Source: Mytilus trossulus
Taxonomy: Eukaryota
Length of the DNA stretch: 64,000 nt
Reading direction: 5' to 3'
Assembly: GCF_036588685.1 (NCBI RefSeq)
Contig: NC_086375.1
Coordinates: 52,762,001-52,826,000 of the forward strand
Part shown: positions 50,901 through 61,744 of the stretch, piece after piece
Layout: each line of letters opens with the position of its first letter
Position numbering within the stretch: the stretch's first letter is position 1
Notes under the pieces: generated by a model
The model's input: only the letters and a program-made list of their open reading frames with translations
The model's database searches: none
What the model was told of the DNA's origin: nothing
Translations under genes and position numbers: made by a program

Positions 50901-53900
50901 GCCTGTAATTCAGTGGTTGTCTTTTGTTTTTGTGTTGCATACTTGTTTTTCGTTCATTTTTCTATTTGAATAAGGGCGTTTGTTTTCTCGTTTGAATTTA
51001 TTAAACATTGTCATATCGGGGTCTTTATGGCTGACTATGCGGTATGGGCTTTGCTCATTGTTGAAGGCCGTACGGTGACCTATAGTTGTTAAATTCTGTG
51101 CTATTTTGGTTTCTTGTGGACAGTTGTCTCGTTGGCGATCATGCCACATCTTCGTTTTATATCACCTGTATTGCTCCTGATCTGGAATCGTGTCCTTTGT
51201 CGACAATACTAAGCCCTTATAAAGGTCTTCAATTTCCTTTTATTTTGAAGCAATAAGTCAGCTTTATACTAAAAAAAAATTAAATTGAAGGATTATAGAT
51301 TTATTTCGGTTTGTGGTAAAGTAGGGTCTTCAATTTCATGACAACGTCGAGTCATATATGTGCGTCTTAAATGTACGAGCATGCCTGCTGTGTGTGACAA
51401 CTAATTATTTAAACACATTAAATATATACTGAAACCGAAGATCAAACGTGGATTGCATATTAGAAATTGTACCATAACTACAATTTAATGAATCAATACC
51501 AAGTTGTGGTCCAAGCTAAAACTAAAAAACAGAAATCAAATATTACAGACAGCAGCCAACGATAACCACTGAATTACAGACTCTTGGCTTAATACATACC
51601 CGGTTTAGATTTAATAAGGAATTGTGTTCTCTTTTTATGTTTTTTATAGGATTTTCCATACTGGGGACCACCCTTTTCTTAACTATATTTGATATAAAAT
51701 TCACAGACACAAAACTTACAAAATACTTCTAAAGTAGTGTTGTGCTCCGCTATGATACTGTTTTCAGACATTGCTATGCATCTGTAAATTCCAGCATCTC
51801 CGTTTCCTGTCTCCATTAGCACTAATGTCTGATTATTATCTTCTAATTTTGGTCGGTTATCACAAATACTGCAGTATGGTTCCCATGGAAATAGCCGCCA
51901 TTCTGGATATTGTTTGTTCCAAAAATACCACAGTATCCTGCTGATGTTATGTGCACAGCAATCAATTGTCTTTGATTTACCAAATTGGGCATAATCAAAA
52001 TCTGCTATTTGATTTTCGTCAAATATTTTAAAGTCTACAAGATGAAAATAAATCGGTAGTGCTTGAAGTATGTAGAAATAGTTATCAAAAGTACCAGGAT
52101 TATAATTTTATACGCCAGACGCGCGTTTCGTCTACATAAGACTCATCAGTGACGCTCATATCAAAATAGTTAAAAAGCCAAATAAATACAAAGTTGAAGA
52201 GCATTGAGGATCCAAAATTCCAAAAAGTTGTGCCAAATACGGCTAAGGTAATCTTCTCCTGGAGTAAGAAAATCCTTAGTTTTTCGAAAAATTCAAAGGT
52301 TTGTAAACAGAAAATTTATAAAAATGACCATATGATTGATATTCATGTCAACACCGAAGTGCTGACTACTGGGCTGGTGATACCCTCGGGGATGAAACGT
52401 CCACCAGAAAAACTTAAACAAAATGATAAACCAAATATTTCTTGTCTATAATGCAATGCATTATTTAACATTAAAAGTTAAAGAACCACAGGCTCTCAGT
52501 GTTTCGTACACTTTGTCAACTATTGTTCATGTGGAAGTTTCTAAGTTATGGCTGTTAATTGATAGTCCAGTCAATCTAGCATAAATTTGACCCTAACTTG
52601 AAATTAATTGCAACAGAAGATTTTTAAGTTTTAATCTTTAGCATTATACCCCAAATATACACAGAAAAAGTCCCATAAAATCTTATTTGAGGAAGACTAA
52701 AAAAATCAACATTTAAAAAAAATCATATTGAGATTTGCATTGAAAAGGGAGATAACTCTTAAGAAAAAGGCAGAAATATCAATAAAAGTTGATACAAAAA
52801 TAACTGTACCGTTTCTATTCATCAGAATTTATTGATTCTTGATTTTTTAGTGGTGTTCAGGGTATAAAAAACAGCTCTAAAGGTGTTTTCATATCATTTA
52901 TCAAGCTACATTTGTATAATCTAGATTTCGTAATTCATTAGTTGACCACTTATTGAATTTTTCAACATGTCAAGTTAAATGATCTCAAATTTAATAAAAA
53001 AAAAAAAAAAAAAAGCATGATTTATTCTTTTTGTGGTTTAAAGTTTCTTTAGACAAAGTTAGATGCTGAAAAATAGGATATACAGATAGAAACAATACAA
53101 ATTTTTTACGCTATTTTTTCAAAATGGTCACAAAGCTTCAAATTTGCAATTTCTTTAATAAAAAATGCACAATAAAAATAAAACTACATTTTATGAGCAG
53201 CAGATTATTCAATTTAGTCAAATATCAACTAATAACCCCATCAAAGTATCATACTTTACATAAATATCAAGAAAATCAACCAGAAACTGACCAAAAAAGA
53301 CTAATTTTTTCGGATTTATCTCCCCTTCCAATGTTAATTTCCATAGGAAATTGAAAATGCTGATTTTGAATTCTCCTCACGTTAGATTTTATGGGACTTT
53401 TTTTTCTGTGTATAATAAAAACACAAAGCTATAGATTAGAACTCAAACATTTTCTGTTGCAATTAGTTTGAGGTTAAATCTTAGTTTGACTTGACTATGA
53501 GCTATATTTGGAATGAAGTCATAATCATAGAATAAATATTATTTTATTTTGTACTTTACATGTATGAGTTTAACATGTGGTAAACTGGATTGTGTCAGAC
53601 GATTTATACAATTTACACAGCCTAACGGGCGCCACTTAAGAATTGATCTTGTTACCTAACAACAAAAAACACACACAAAAAACACAGTTTTGTAAGAAAA
53701 TTGATATCACATCATGAATATGCAATATCTCAGCATAATACGAACCATGTATTATATTTTAAGTAAAAAGTCAAGATTTTGTATTGTCACAGTTGATTTC
53801 AGATATCACAACAAAAAATGCTGATCAAATAATATAGTCTAAAGAAGCAATACACAAAAATAATAAGAAAGGTCAATCTCAACTAGGAATTGGCTTTTCA

Positions 53901-54247
53901 CAGCACAGACCAGATGCTGGATGTATAGGACCGAAAATAAACTCATCTTAGATACAAGGCTTCAAATTTTGCGTTTCGTTTACAAAAGACTCATAGATCG
54001 AATCTGAAAGTTAAAAAGGCCAAATAAAATACGAATTTGAAGAGCAGTAAGTGTAATAATAGGTGTAAATATTTGTGTTTTCTATCGGTTTGAATTAAAA
54101 TGGTCATTAAAAACATGTTACCCTTTTATAGTGCAGTGATTCCATACCTTCCTGGACTGAGTAATGTTTGTTGATACAGGTACCACCAATAAAGACCGGT
54201 AAAATAAGTAAAACACCAACCACTACTTTACCAGCAGAAAGTTCCAT
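38929..54247 (-). CDS. IL-1 receptor-like protein, paralogue C (most divergent; signal peptide-Ig-Ig-TM-TIR), 7 coding exons, 477 aa
   Basis: Exons: 54247-54148 (MELSAGKVVVGVLLILPVFIGGTC...), 52034-51720 (ADFDYAQFGK..IDCC..ILW..DAGIYRC), 50530-50341 and 49766-49633 (FSCAGDFGC..VGWY..SDFNQTFIC), 43125-42943 (TM, ...RVKLFILSRIPCGH), 39755-39621 (YHALILHDDE...EVLGGQ) and 39305-38929 (SGSLIIIYP...ITWP...FYSKLKLRMP...STKF*). GT-AG, 1434 nt open. Most of these exons are missing from the ORF track. Confidence 0.88.
41010..42640 (-). mobile_element. Non-autonomous Helentron-like element with ~3 internal copies of a ~450-500 bp unit
   Basis: Minus-strand start tttttagctcacc...gtgagctttt followed by a (cgtc/cgt)n microsatellite. 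Internal units recur near 41200, 41640 and 42090. The left boundary is approximate. Confidence 0.7.
44289..47336 (+). mobile_element. Young non-autonomous LTR retrotransposon (gag only, Ty3/Gypsy-like), 3048 bp
   Basis: LTRs 44289-44480 and 47145-47336 (192 bp, TGT...ACA, one mismatch seen). 4-bp TSD ACGG. PBS-like TGGCGGAGGA at 44481 and purine tract at 47138-47144. No pol remnant recognised. Confidence 0.95.
44789..45841 (+). CDS. Retrotransposon Gag-like protein, probably C-terminally truncated
   Basis: Capsid-like motifs KFRG...FLREF, LTGPALTWFNSL...SWEKLIELFKRKY, LEDFY..L and KFIQGL. Lies between the LTRs. The last ~25 codons run into repeat sequence. Confidence 0.85.
   Translation: MMSAPKYSNLNDMSDGESTLSLHSLVETVDEFTDDSLLSSYLLAPTRPSQNHELDQSLHLLAPTRPSQTNKLDRSMPILTPQISLVNRLHQNNLTYNTSACYTTSTPRLEHTSIPRIVHTAVMEKLAPCRKFRGYSHENGLVFLREFDSFATLHKMPYEYQRRIAAFHLQLTGPALTWFNSLTFNDKSSWEKLIELFKRKYVNLDWQSPTIMLENEVFEHIKLSPGQALEDFYCQLVEKAQLLHKADHEILTKFIQGLAEKLAFFVRTGNHKDSNGALSSAKMGEAYGYRLHDEISVSAIKQQITPKAVAEQNPSVVHELKSQIQDNCQCLTRMFILNLFVREIYLMTIY
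48603..49456 (+). mobile_element. Non-autonomous Helentron-like element (HINE) with a ~155-165 bp internal tandem array
   Basis: 5' ttttatacgcccgtc and (tgtc/cgtc)n microsatellite. Units start near 48699, 48847, 49003, 49162 and 49327. 3' inverted cgggcgtat followed by hairpin tgcgc-tcatg-gcgca and a T-rich flank. Confidence 0.8.
49780..50055 (-). mobile_element. Truncated HINE-like repeat with (gaac/gac)n microsatellite next to the exon 4 acceptor of paralogue C
   Basis: ggacagacggacgaacgaacggacgaacgaacagacg tract plus a body typical of these elements. Confidence 0.5.
52112..52155 (-). ncRNA. Minimal type I hammerhead ribozyme motif, intact core, within a ~330 bp repeat (52078-52407)
   Basis: Minus strand reads GCGUCA-CUGAUGA-GUCU UAUGU AGAC-GAAA-C GCGC G-UC-UGGCGU. 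Canonical core, GUC cleavage triplet, palindromic loop III. Confidence 0.88.
52563..53497. mobile_element. ~935 bp non-autonomous DNA transposon with long imperfect TIRs
   Basis: Left tagtccagtcaa...aattgcaacagaa...gaaaaagtcccataaaatct is mirrored by right agattttatgggactttt...ttctgttgcaatt...ttgacttgacta. Confidence 0.75.
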
Positions 54248-55487
54248 AAATAAATTGTTTACAGGTATTCTGTTCAAAAGAAGGAGACATACGTAAAATT
54301 GTCATAAGTAGTAAACACGCTACACAATTTGGATATCGATAAATCGAAAACTCAAGTTAATCAATTGTATTTTGAAATTTGTTTATAAATTAAAAATTGA
54401 AAGGTTATCCAATAATCAGTTAGCATTGTATTATTTTTTTTTTAAAAGTGTCCCTCGTCACTAGAAAATTCGAAAAAAAAATCATGCAAATAAACACTAT
54501 GAATTCATTACATTTGACTGAGTATAATATTTACTTACGTTAATAAAGGCACCGATGAACAATTAAATAAACATCACATAATTACAAGGAAGTTTGGTAT
54601 ATGTATTACACAACTTTAAACGAATAATGGATATCCTAGTCATTATGGAAATCAACTATCTTCCATTGTTACTCATGTTATATCCTTTTAAACATGTGTT
54701 TTCCTAACAAAATAACTTCCTTGATCATATCTGTATACATTAATTACAGGTATAAATATACAAAGATATGGAATACTCCAATAAACGATTCAATCGGATT
54801 GTTTTATTTTACTAAGGCTATATACAGTTTTGTGATTATTTCTAAAGATACAGTATATGGTATAAATTGCTTTTCTGAATAGTGTGTCAGCTAAAATAAA
54901 ATTTAAACCTTGTGTGAACTCAACCATATACTATAATAAACTTATTATAAAATACAGTGGGTGCGATGTAGGAATAAGAAAAGTTGGGATGTGAGATTTA
55001 GGGATGAAAAAAAGTGTGGTCGTGTGGGTAAAGGGGGGAAATGTAATAATTTGAAGAATTATAGTTTGTAACTACTTGTCGGTTGAAATTAAATGTGTTG
55101 AATGATGTTTATGTAAACATAAGTTATCCTGTAGAGGTCCGCACTCTTTTACACCTTTTATTTCCCTATTGGCTATGGGAATATTGAAATAAGAAGGCTT
55201 TAATAGGAATAATCTGTTTAATTAATATAACTGTTGATGCAATATCTATACCTTTTGTGATACAGACTGAAATTATCTTTATAACATTGGATCTTCAAAA
55301 CGTAATGGTCGTGTAACTTTTCTATTCCGTTTTATCATCTATTTCTATTTACATGTACATTCCTTTGATGTATATTTCTAGACTTAGTTATCACTGTGGT
55401 CACTACATATGTTTCATTCTTAATTCAGAGGGTGCATGATTCATTCATGAATTATCATCAGGCTGACCACATAAATTATAACGTCTT

Positions 55488-58140
55488 TAATAAAATTGAG
55501 AAAGGAAATGGGGAATGTGTCAAAGCAACAACAACCCGACCATTGAGCAGACAACAGCCGAAGGCCACCAATGGGTCTTCAATGTACATAGCGAGAATTC
55601 CCGCACCCGTAGATGTCCTTCAGCTGGCCAGCTAAAAATATGTTTACAGTCTAGTACAGTGATAATGGAAGTCAAACTAAACTCCAAATAATACGCAAGA
55701 AACTAAGATTAAAAATCATACAAGACTAACAAAGGCCAGAGGCTCCTGACTTGGGACAGGCGAAACATTGCGGCGGGGTTAAACATGTTTGTGAGATATA
55801 AACCCTCCCCTATACCGCTAGTCGATGTAGAAAAGTAAACGCATAACAATACGCACATTAAAATTCAGTTCAAGAGAATTCCGAGTCAGATGTCAAAAGA
55901 TGTAATAAAAGAAAATAAAATAAAATGACAATAATACATAAATAGACTACTAGCAGTTAACTGACATGCCAGTTCCAGACCTCAATTAAACTGATTGAAA
56001 GATTATGTCTTCATCATATGAATATCAGGCACAATCCCTCCCTCCCGTTAGGGGTTTGGGATCATACTGTCATAAAATATATGAGAAGAACATAACCCGA
56101 GTCATGCCAACAACTTTTTTATTTTTTAAAACAAATGTGTTTAGTTCCGATGCAAACTCCCTATAAGTGAATCAATATTAAAGCCAAAATATGCAATCTT
56201 TAATGACCTGACAACAGTATCGTAACTATATCCCTTCTTAATTAGTCTGTTTAAAGGTTTTGTACGCTTTTGAGGTGAATACTGCCATGTTTGTGCTTTG
56301 TAAAGAATATTACCATAAAAGATTGGAAATGAATGTATAAGAAGTCTGCATGTTGAGTTATGTTTACGAGTTATTTCCTTATACCGATGATAAAATTAAG
56401 TAAATGTTTTGACTAGTTTGTGATATCGAAAACCCTGGTGTAATAATTTTTTAGTAATACATAAATTTCTCTCGCTAAAATCTAAGACGTTGTTACATAC
56501 ACGAGCGAATCGTACAAGTTGAGATATATAAACACCATCAGATGGTGACAAGGGAACGTCACCATCTAAAAATGGATAAAATAACTTAAGAAATGAAAAA
56601 TCATCTCTTTATTCATAAATTTTTGTTTAAGCTTCCCGTTAATGATAAAGATATCAAAATCGAGGAAAGGGCAGTGTTCATTGTTAGTATAAGCTTTATT
56701 TAAACTAAAGTTGAACAGGATAAATTATTGAGAGCCAATATATCATCCAAATATCTAAAAGTATTGTTAAATTTTTGTATCAAATGTTGTTTCGATGTGT
56801 CTTTGCTAATTTTAGTCATAAATTGTGACTCATAACAATACAAAAACAGATCCGCAATAAGTGGTGCACAGTTAGTCCCCATTGGAATTCCAATAACTTG
56901 ACGATAAACGGAATCTCCAAAGCGAACAAAAAATATTATCAAGTTAAAATTTAAGGGCATAAATTATATAGTATCAAAGCATGTCCAATTGACATGGTTC
57001 TTTTGTTTATTGCTACTGAAAAATGACCTAAAAGAGTTTGTACACATGTACTCGCATTCTGACTTTTGAAATGCCTAGTTAATTAGGGATGTGAATTTTT
57101 CTTAATTAGAATATGAGGCAAAGTGGTGTATAGGATAGAAAAATCAAAACTTTGAACAGATTCAAAATCACCAATATATGCATGCAATTTATCAATTACT
57201 TCCAACGAGTTTTTGACACTCCAAAAGTAATTAATTCCACTATTTTCAAAGGCCTTATATGAACAATTCATTATCAGATTTTTTATTGTACCAAGTGTAC
57301 TAGTAAGTAAAACAGACAATTTAGTAGTGGAACAATGGCTTGAAGATGAAATAAATCTATATGTGTAAGGTTTTTTATGTAGCTTCGGAAGCCAGTACAT
57401 AGTTGGGACTTTTATTGTATTTGGTTCTGCTTGTAAAGAAGTAGCTAAAATGTTTTATTTGTTACAGATGTCGTTTTCTGAAAATAAAGTCAGTTGGAAT
57501 GTTGGTGAATTCGTGATTTTCTTTTTCAGAACCTCTATATAAAATTTACGTCAAACAATAATCATGATATTATTAGCAGCTTTATCAGCCGGGACGAAAA
57601 CAAATTTCTTGGCTAGTTCTTTAAGTTTATGTTTAATACGCGAAATAGGGTTTTTATGGTTGTTGTTAAGAGTAAAATGTTCTTTAAAATGTTGCATTCG
57701 AATATCAACTATCTTCATTACTGAACTTAAAAAAGGGTCAGAAGATTTTTTGTCAGCTTTTTCCCATTTTACCCATTTCAAACAGTAGGTTTTTTCCCAT
57801 TTTACCCATTTCAAACAGTAGGTACGGAGTGAATCATGGATGATATTACGACACTCATTTCAATTAATAATTGACGGGGAACGATAGTTAGGTCCTTTAC
57901 TGAGGAATGATTTTAACTCTCGGTCGCGAACGTGTTAAGGTCTCCTTAGCTGTTATGACATGTGAAATGGGGCCATAAGGGTATTCAGAATTTCTGCAAT
58001 TACATGAAATAGTTGTATTTTTAATGATATTTACATCTTTACACAATTGGTTTTAATTAAACACATATTTCCGGGTAGATTTCTTGTAAGTATAACAAAT
58101 AAGAGGGAGTTTACTACGGTATTATCAAAATATCGGCCAG
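55488..58140 (-). mobile_element. Decayed Naiad-type Penelope-like retroelement (CxC linker, RT, 3' UTR), upstream of paralogue C
   Basis: Minus-strand translation gives SCNCRNS...HVITGDL-like (CxC at 57996-58004), KGPNYR, VPADKAANN, MYWLPKLHK, GIPMGTNCAP and FRYLDD, with stop TAA at 56141. Contains frameshifts, stops and a 33-bp tandem duplication (57758-57823). The 3' UTR is collinear with 26486-27401. Confidence 0.9.
56014..56084 (-). promoter_or_regulatory. Complete SECIS-like element in the 3' UTR of the second Penelope-like copy
   Basis: UCAUAU-auuuu-AUGAC-AGUAUGAUCCC-AAA-CCCC UAAC GGG-AGGGA-GGGAUUGUGCC-UGAU-auuc-AUAUGA. Lower helix, quartet, upper helix, AAA and apical mini-helix are all present. 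Confidence 0.78.
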
Positions 58141-60121
58141 AAATCTAAAATCTGTAAAGTTTATAATTGCTATTTTTGTCTTTATAAGGGGTCATATTTT
58201 ATTGCATAGTTCGGAAATATGACTGTGAGCAGGCTTTCGAAAACTGATTCTATTGTTATATCACCACATTTAATTTTTTTTTGCTAATCAGTATTGTTCT
58301 TATGGTAGATCTGGTGAGTCAATCCCGCTTTCCAAACTCTTTTATATCTTAATTATATTGCGGTGTAACGGCTTTGTCTTTATTTGATAGTGCATGGGTG
58401 TAGCAGACATGTTTTCTCTATGCGCTTGTCACGTAACAAGCCAGTCTGTTATCGTTGGTTGTTGTCTGACACTGTTATGTCTTCGGTTTCTTTTTGAACT
58501 GTTACATTTATTGTGCATGCAATAACTGTTCAGAGTTCTATTGTCATGTATTTCATTTTATTATTTCATTGTTATAACAAATCATTGTAATCATTGTATG
58601 AAATTTAAAACCCCGCAAGGGTCCATAATTGGATTAATAAAGTATTCTTATTGTCATCCTGTGGATTTATTTTGGCCGAACGGTGACCAGCTGTGACCTG
58701 TCGACAACGTTGTCCTCTTGTCTTTGTCTTTATCAATAGTTTCCCCATTGACAATTATTTCACAATTCAATTTTGATAGAGTAACTATATTTTTTTTATA
58801 ACTCTTGTCGAATGTCTATTATAATAATAAAATATGCAGAAATTTAGACGGAAGTAACATTTGAAGTGTACATTTCCATCTATATCCGTGTTGTTAAAGC
58901 CTTTTGACATTTTACGTTTATATAAATCTGCACCGTCATCGCAAACACGCAATTTCAAAGCTAATTTAGAATTATACACTCTATAAAAGGGAACTTCAAC
59001 GGAGAATCCTCATAAAAAAAGAAAGGTTATGAATAGAAAAAAAGAAGTCCTATTTATCATAGATTTGATGTATATATATTATAAGTTACAAGGTGTGTTA
59101 GTGACCTTATCCGATATTATGCATATGAGATCAGTAAATTCCATATGGAGTGAGAGCGAAGCTCGAATTGCAACTTTGAATGATGCTACCAAAATGTTGG
59201 TTTTTATCAACATTTGTTAAAATTATGGTTAAAGATCTCCTTCAACAAAAATTTCATAAATGCATCTTAAAAATAAAAGAACAAATCAGCAAGCAGAAGG
59301 GGCATAGTTGTTTCTGATGCGAATTTAGATTGTTTGTTGAAAAAAACTTCTTCCAAAAGTAACAAATAAGCAATTTGATGATAGTTAAGTTGTTTTGCTC
59401 GAGTCAGTTTGATAGGGACTACGTGGGATATCATGCATGATATTTTCTAAAATTTTGCATTACTATTAGTTCGGCAGATCATTGTGACGGATTTTATTAA
59501 GCCATTTTCTCGTAGGTTAACTTACTAGTATTTATAGTTCGTTCTTCTGTTGTATTGTTACACCACTGTGCCATTCATACCACATCTTCTTTTTTTATAT
59601 TTATTGACGTTTTTGTTTCTGTCGGAAAATAGTTTTCTTCAACAAACTAAAGATTCTCCTTTTTATGTTTTTGACAAGTTCCGTTTGCAGGAAAAGACAT
59701 CAAATCAAATAATCGTTGTTGTAAAACCATGGAAACAACTACTAGTATAGACAGTGAACTTTAAATTTAAACTTCAAACTTTAAAAACTGATTAAAACAG
59801 TAGGAGCCTCCAAGGTTCTAGATGTTTGACGCTAGGGCCTTGAATGCACCTAGTGTCTCTGTCTGTGGGATGTCTGGTGGTAAGACGTAAGCTTGGCTCT
59901 TTACTTTTGTTTTGGTGAAAAAAATAATTTGTTTTGGACCCTGAGAAAAAAAAAGGGTGTTTCACCCTCAGCTGCCACTATATGTAATGCTAAATTTGAA
60001 AGGAAAAAATAGTTTTCGGATTGTCGCTAAAAAAATAGATTGTTCTTCGCCAAAGGCGAAAAAAAAAATTGCACAGAAAAAAAACCATAGCCCCCTCCAG
60101 AAAATCAAATGGTTGCTGCCT

Positions 60122-60510
60122 AATGTTTCTCCTAAACATTCCGAGTGTTGTATTTGCTTTGTCAGTTATCTGTTGTATATGTTGATCCCATTTGAGGTTT
60201 TTCTGGATGGTAAGACCTAAATATTCGGCTGCCTGCAATTCTTCGAAATTGTGACCATGGAGATGATATGATGTTTGGATTGGTATTTTCTTGTTTTTAA
60301 CCCTCAATATTTTGCATTTGTCGGGATGGAATTTCATGCACCATGATTGTTCCCATTTAGCTAGTTTATTAAGATCTTCTTGTAATAATTTTCCATAGTT
60401 TTTTATGTTATTATGAGACAGGCGATGGTATCATCTGCAAATAGGCGAACCGTAGCATTTAAATCTTCTTGCAAGTCGTTAATTTAGTATAGAAAGAGGC
60501 TTTGCCAACA
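60122..60510 (-). mobile_element. LINE reverse-transcriptase fragment (CR1/L2 group)
   Basis: Minus-strand INDL...VRLFADDT...LQEDLNKLAKWEQSWCMKFHPDKCK...YLGLTIQKNLKWDQHI...ANTTLGMFRRN, with frame disruptions. Confidence 0.88.
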
Positions 60511-61585
60511 GGACGGATTCCCACTCAGCCAGTTATTTGTCCACCTACTTGTGTTGCCTTTTGTTCCATAAGTAAATTGTTTGTTTACTAGTAAGCTGTG
60601 GTTGACCTTAGCAAAAGTCAATTATCAGCACATCAGTGTGATCCAGAGCGGACCAAGAAGATGGGGTCCGGGGATTGGAACCCCCTTTATTTGGCCCATC
60701 AATGCATTTGAATGGGGACATGTAGTTTGACCCCCCCCCCCCTTTTTTTAAATGGCTGGATGGTCCAATAATCATATTATTAACTATGACGTTTTTGGTA
60801 GTCTTCATAGACGATTTGGTCAAAGGACACAGTTAAAATGATCGTCCCTAGTGTCGAAAGAGTATAATTGCATTTTATTTTATTTTCATTCACTTTCCAT
60901 ATCAATAAATATACTTTATGCATGACATTATATTTAAGGGGGATAGGCTGTCAAATTCAGGATCACCGATTTGACTCATTTTCTGATTTATAACATACTA
61001 AAACGTACATCTTTAGTATTTTAGTCTAGACGCCTTCCAATAAACCATCGAGGTGACCTCAGAAGACTGTCAACATGCAGTCATATAACCCGATGATAAA
61101 CTTACACGAATAATTAAGTCGTTGTATCCCGCTGATCTACGATAACTGCCTCTCGTGGGAGAAAATCGGACACGGAGAAGGATTTAACTCGAGTAAGATA
61201 TAAACATAAATATAAATAGATAGTGAACTCGTGCAATTGGAATTTTCTAGGTTCGTTTGATTGTTTGCTATAGGTTAAGATATATATCAAGCATAATTTT
61301 TAGCTGTTAAATGTGGACTTTTTTTCTTTTTGATGAAGTAAAACGCGGCTTATTAATACGTAACCCAACCGTCAGTATAGAAAGTATATTTTACTAGTAT
61401 AGAAAGTCCCTGCCCAACTCTAGCTAAGGTGTTATATTGAAGGTCACATGAATACGGATTCAATGAGGTCGAATTATTCACTCGCAAGAAAATGATTCTT
61501 ACAAATTTATGTGGTTTTTTTTCAAAAATTAAAACAAACTTGCTGCGCTAAAGGCGAAATATTATTTCATTATTTCATATTCATT

Positions 61586-61744
61586 TAATGAATGGCTATT
61601 ATTTATTTTGATTTTATTGAACCATAAAACTAATTTTTGACTCTTCACATTGAATAATCCGCGAAGCGGATTATGTAAAATGTGAAGAGTCAAAAATTAG
61701 TTTTATGGTTCAATAAAATCAAAATAAATTATTGCCATTCATTA
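61586..61744. repeat. Long near-perfect palindrome (foldback element) centred on GCGAAGC
   Basis: 61601-61651 is the exact reverse complement of 61679-61729 (51 bp). Inner ataatccgc-gaa-gcggattat. Outer taatgaatggc / gccattcatta. Confidence 0.92.
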
